Origin: Elainellaceae cyanobacterium
GTDB lineage: Bacteria > Cyanobacteriota > Cyanobacteriia > CAZCXK01
DNA length: 64,000 nt
Reading direction: 5' to 3'
Assembly: GCA_051117335.1 (NCBI GenBank)
Contig: JBNPEB010000044.1
Span: 39,412-103,411 of the forward strand
Shown: piece after piece, positions 63,017-64,000 of the stretch
How the letters are laid out: every line of letters starts with the position of its first letter
Numbering within the stretch: the stretch's first letter is position 1
Translations under genes and position numbers: made by a program
The notes under the pieces: model-generated
The model's database searches: none
What the model saw: the letters and a program-made list of their open reading frames with translations, nothing else
Told to the model about the DNA's origin: nothing

Positions 63017-63385
63017 ATGGAACCAGTTACACTCATTCTTACGGCTCTAGTTACGGGTGCTACTAAAGCGGCAGGTGATGTGGCACCAGATGCCTACAAA
63101 GGGCTGAAAGCGTTAATTCACAAGAAGTTCGCCGGTAAGCCATTGGCAGAAGCTGTGCTGGAGGAGCATGAGACAGACCCGGAAACCTATGCAGCACCAC
63201 TTATAAAGAATCTAGTAGAAGCGGGAGTTGATCAAGACAAAGAAATTCTCCAAGCGGCACAAGCGCTGTTGGAAGAGCTAAAGCCTGAAGCAGTGGCACT
63301 AGGAACAATCAATATTGGGCAAGGTGCAAAAGGGATTATTGGACAAAATGTGACTGGAGCAACCATCACAGGAAACATCAACTAA
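63017..63385 (+). CDS. Small hypothetical protein with a C-terminal Gly-rich motif shared with the downstream NTPase
   Basis: 122 aa. The C-terminus (INIGQGAKGIIGQNVTGATITGNIN) is mirrored by the next ORF's N-terminus (INIGHGAKGIIGQTITNATYV). Confidence 0.5.
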   Translation: MEPVTLILTALVTGATKAAGDVAPDAYKGLKALIHKKFAGKPLAEAVLEEHETDPETYAAPLIKNLVEAGVDQDKEILQAAQALLEELKPEAVALGTINIGQGAKGIIGQNVTGATITGNIN

Positions 63386-63546
63386 AAGTTTCTGTAAGAT
63401 AGCTCTGCCCTGAGTTGCCAATACTTCATTAGAACCGTCATAGCTAGTTTATCATCTGTGATATATCGCTACTCGGTAACATATGACTATTGCTCATGCT
63501 TTGCTGCTCACTCAAGATCGCTAATGCGATAAGTTGTAGATCAACC

Positions 63547-64000
63547 AATGGCTGATAGTAGTTTGTCCCACGATATCAATATTGGTCATGGCGCAAAAGG
63601 GATTATTGGACAAACGATTACAAATGCTACATATGTTGATCACCAACACATAATTACGCCCGATGCGATCGTACATCGAGAATTAGTCAAGCGATCGCCC
63701 TACAAAGCGCTAAAACGCTTCGATGTTGATGATAGCGAGTATTTCTTTGGTCGCTATCAGCTTGCGCTTGAATTACATGCAGCGATTCAGACTAGTAATT
63801 TGATTCTGGTATTAGGGGCTTCAGGAAGCGGCAAGTCATCTGTAATACGGGCAAAGTTAGTCCCAGAATTCTTAGAAGCCGGATCCCATCGACATAACTT
63901 TGTTTTGACGCCCAAAGACAATCCGTTTCAATCGGTATATGAAAGTTTGATCGGGCGAGGCAAGATTGGGCCGGATAAAGATTACCGTTTTAGCGAATCC
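63547..64000 (+). CDS. STAND-type (nSTAND/NACHT-like) P-loop NTPase, 3'-truncated by the window edge
   Basis: Translated by hand from ATG 63547: MADSSLSHDINIGHGAKGIIGQTITNATYV…SPYKALKRFDVDDSEYFFGRYQLALELHAAIQTSNLILVLGASGSGKSSVIRAKLVPEF…. The PYKxLxxF…FFGR…GxSGSGKSS arrangement is typical of cyanobacterial STAND NTPases. The frame stays open to the end of the window. Confidence 0.65.

Noticed and set aside
1-64000. tRNA/rRNA genes, transposases, integrases, phage genes
   Set aside because: Scanned for tRNA T-arm-like GGTTCGAATCC variants, transposase DDE or integrase motifs, and the large ORFs. None were found.

Overview
This is a chromosomal segment from a cyanobacterium. Evidence for that: the HIP1 octamer GCGATCGC recurs dozens of times, and the window carries beta-carboxysome ccm genes, ndhF3/ndhD3/cupA, ado/aar alkane genes and a PixJ/PixL-like taxis module. 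No rRNA, tRNA, CRISPR array, transposase or integrase is visible, so this is core genome rather than an obvious mobile island.

Gene content from 5' to 3':
- a 5'-truncated GAF-containing MCP, a hybrid CheA (Hpt-HATPase-CheW-REC) and a CheW, forming a photo/chemotaxis-like module;
- homoserine dehydrogenase;
- a stand-alone NurA-like nuclease next to xseB-xseA and recA, a small recombination/repair neighbourhood;
- a DRTGG/phosphotransacetylase-like protein and an HI0933-type flavoprotein;
- the alkane locus: an ALDH-family gene divergent from ado, a terminator, aar and an Sfp-type PPTase;
- a GDT1/Mnx-type Mn transporter and a sugar ABC substrate-binding protein;
- the CO2-concentrating supercluster: ndhF3-ndhD3-cupA on the minus strand, divergent across a 1.2 kb AT-rich region from ccmK-ccmK-ccmL-ccmM-ccmN-ccmO;
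- a TPR Ser/Thr kinase, clpB, a 2H-phosphoesterase-like protein and holA;
- a class III adenylate cyclase, a VOC protein, an M20 amidase, ruvC, a DEAD-box helicase and rlmD;
- a photolyase/cryptochrome and a GH13 alpha-glucosidase;
- a thiolase, acyl-CoA ligase and bioY-ecfT-ecfA operon;
- cofG, an aldo-keto reductase remnant and an MBL-fold exonuclease.

The most unusual items:
1. A small protein at the 3' edge whose C-terminal Gly-rich motif is repeated at the N-terminus of the adjacent, window-truncated STAND/nSTAND P-loop NTPase. This looks like an adaptor-plus-NTPase conflict system.
2. Two copies of a ~95 bp palindromic, MITE-like or sRNA-like element with terminal inverted repeats and compensatory stem changes, both in divergent promoter regions.
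3. A perfect 18-bp inverted repeat upstream of cofG.
4. The compact organisation of the carbon-concentrating and alkane loci.
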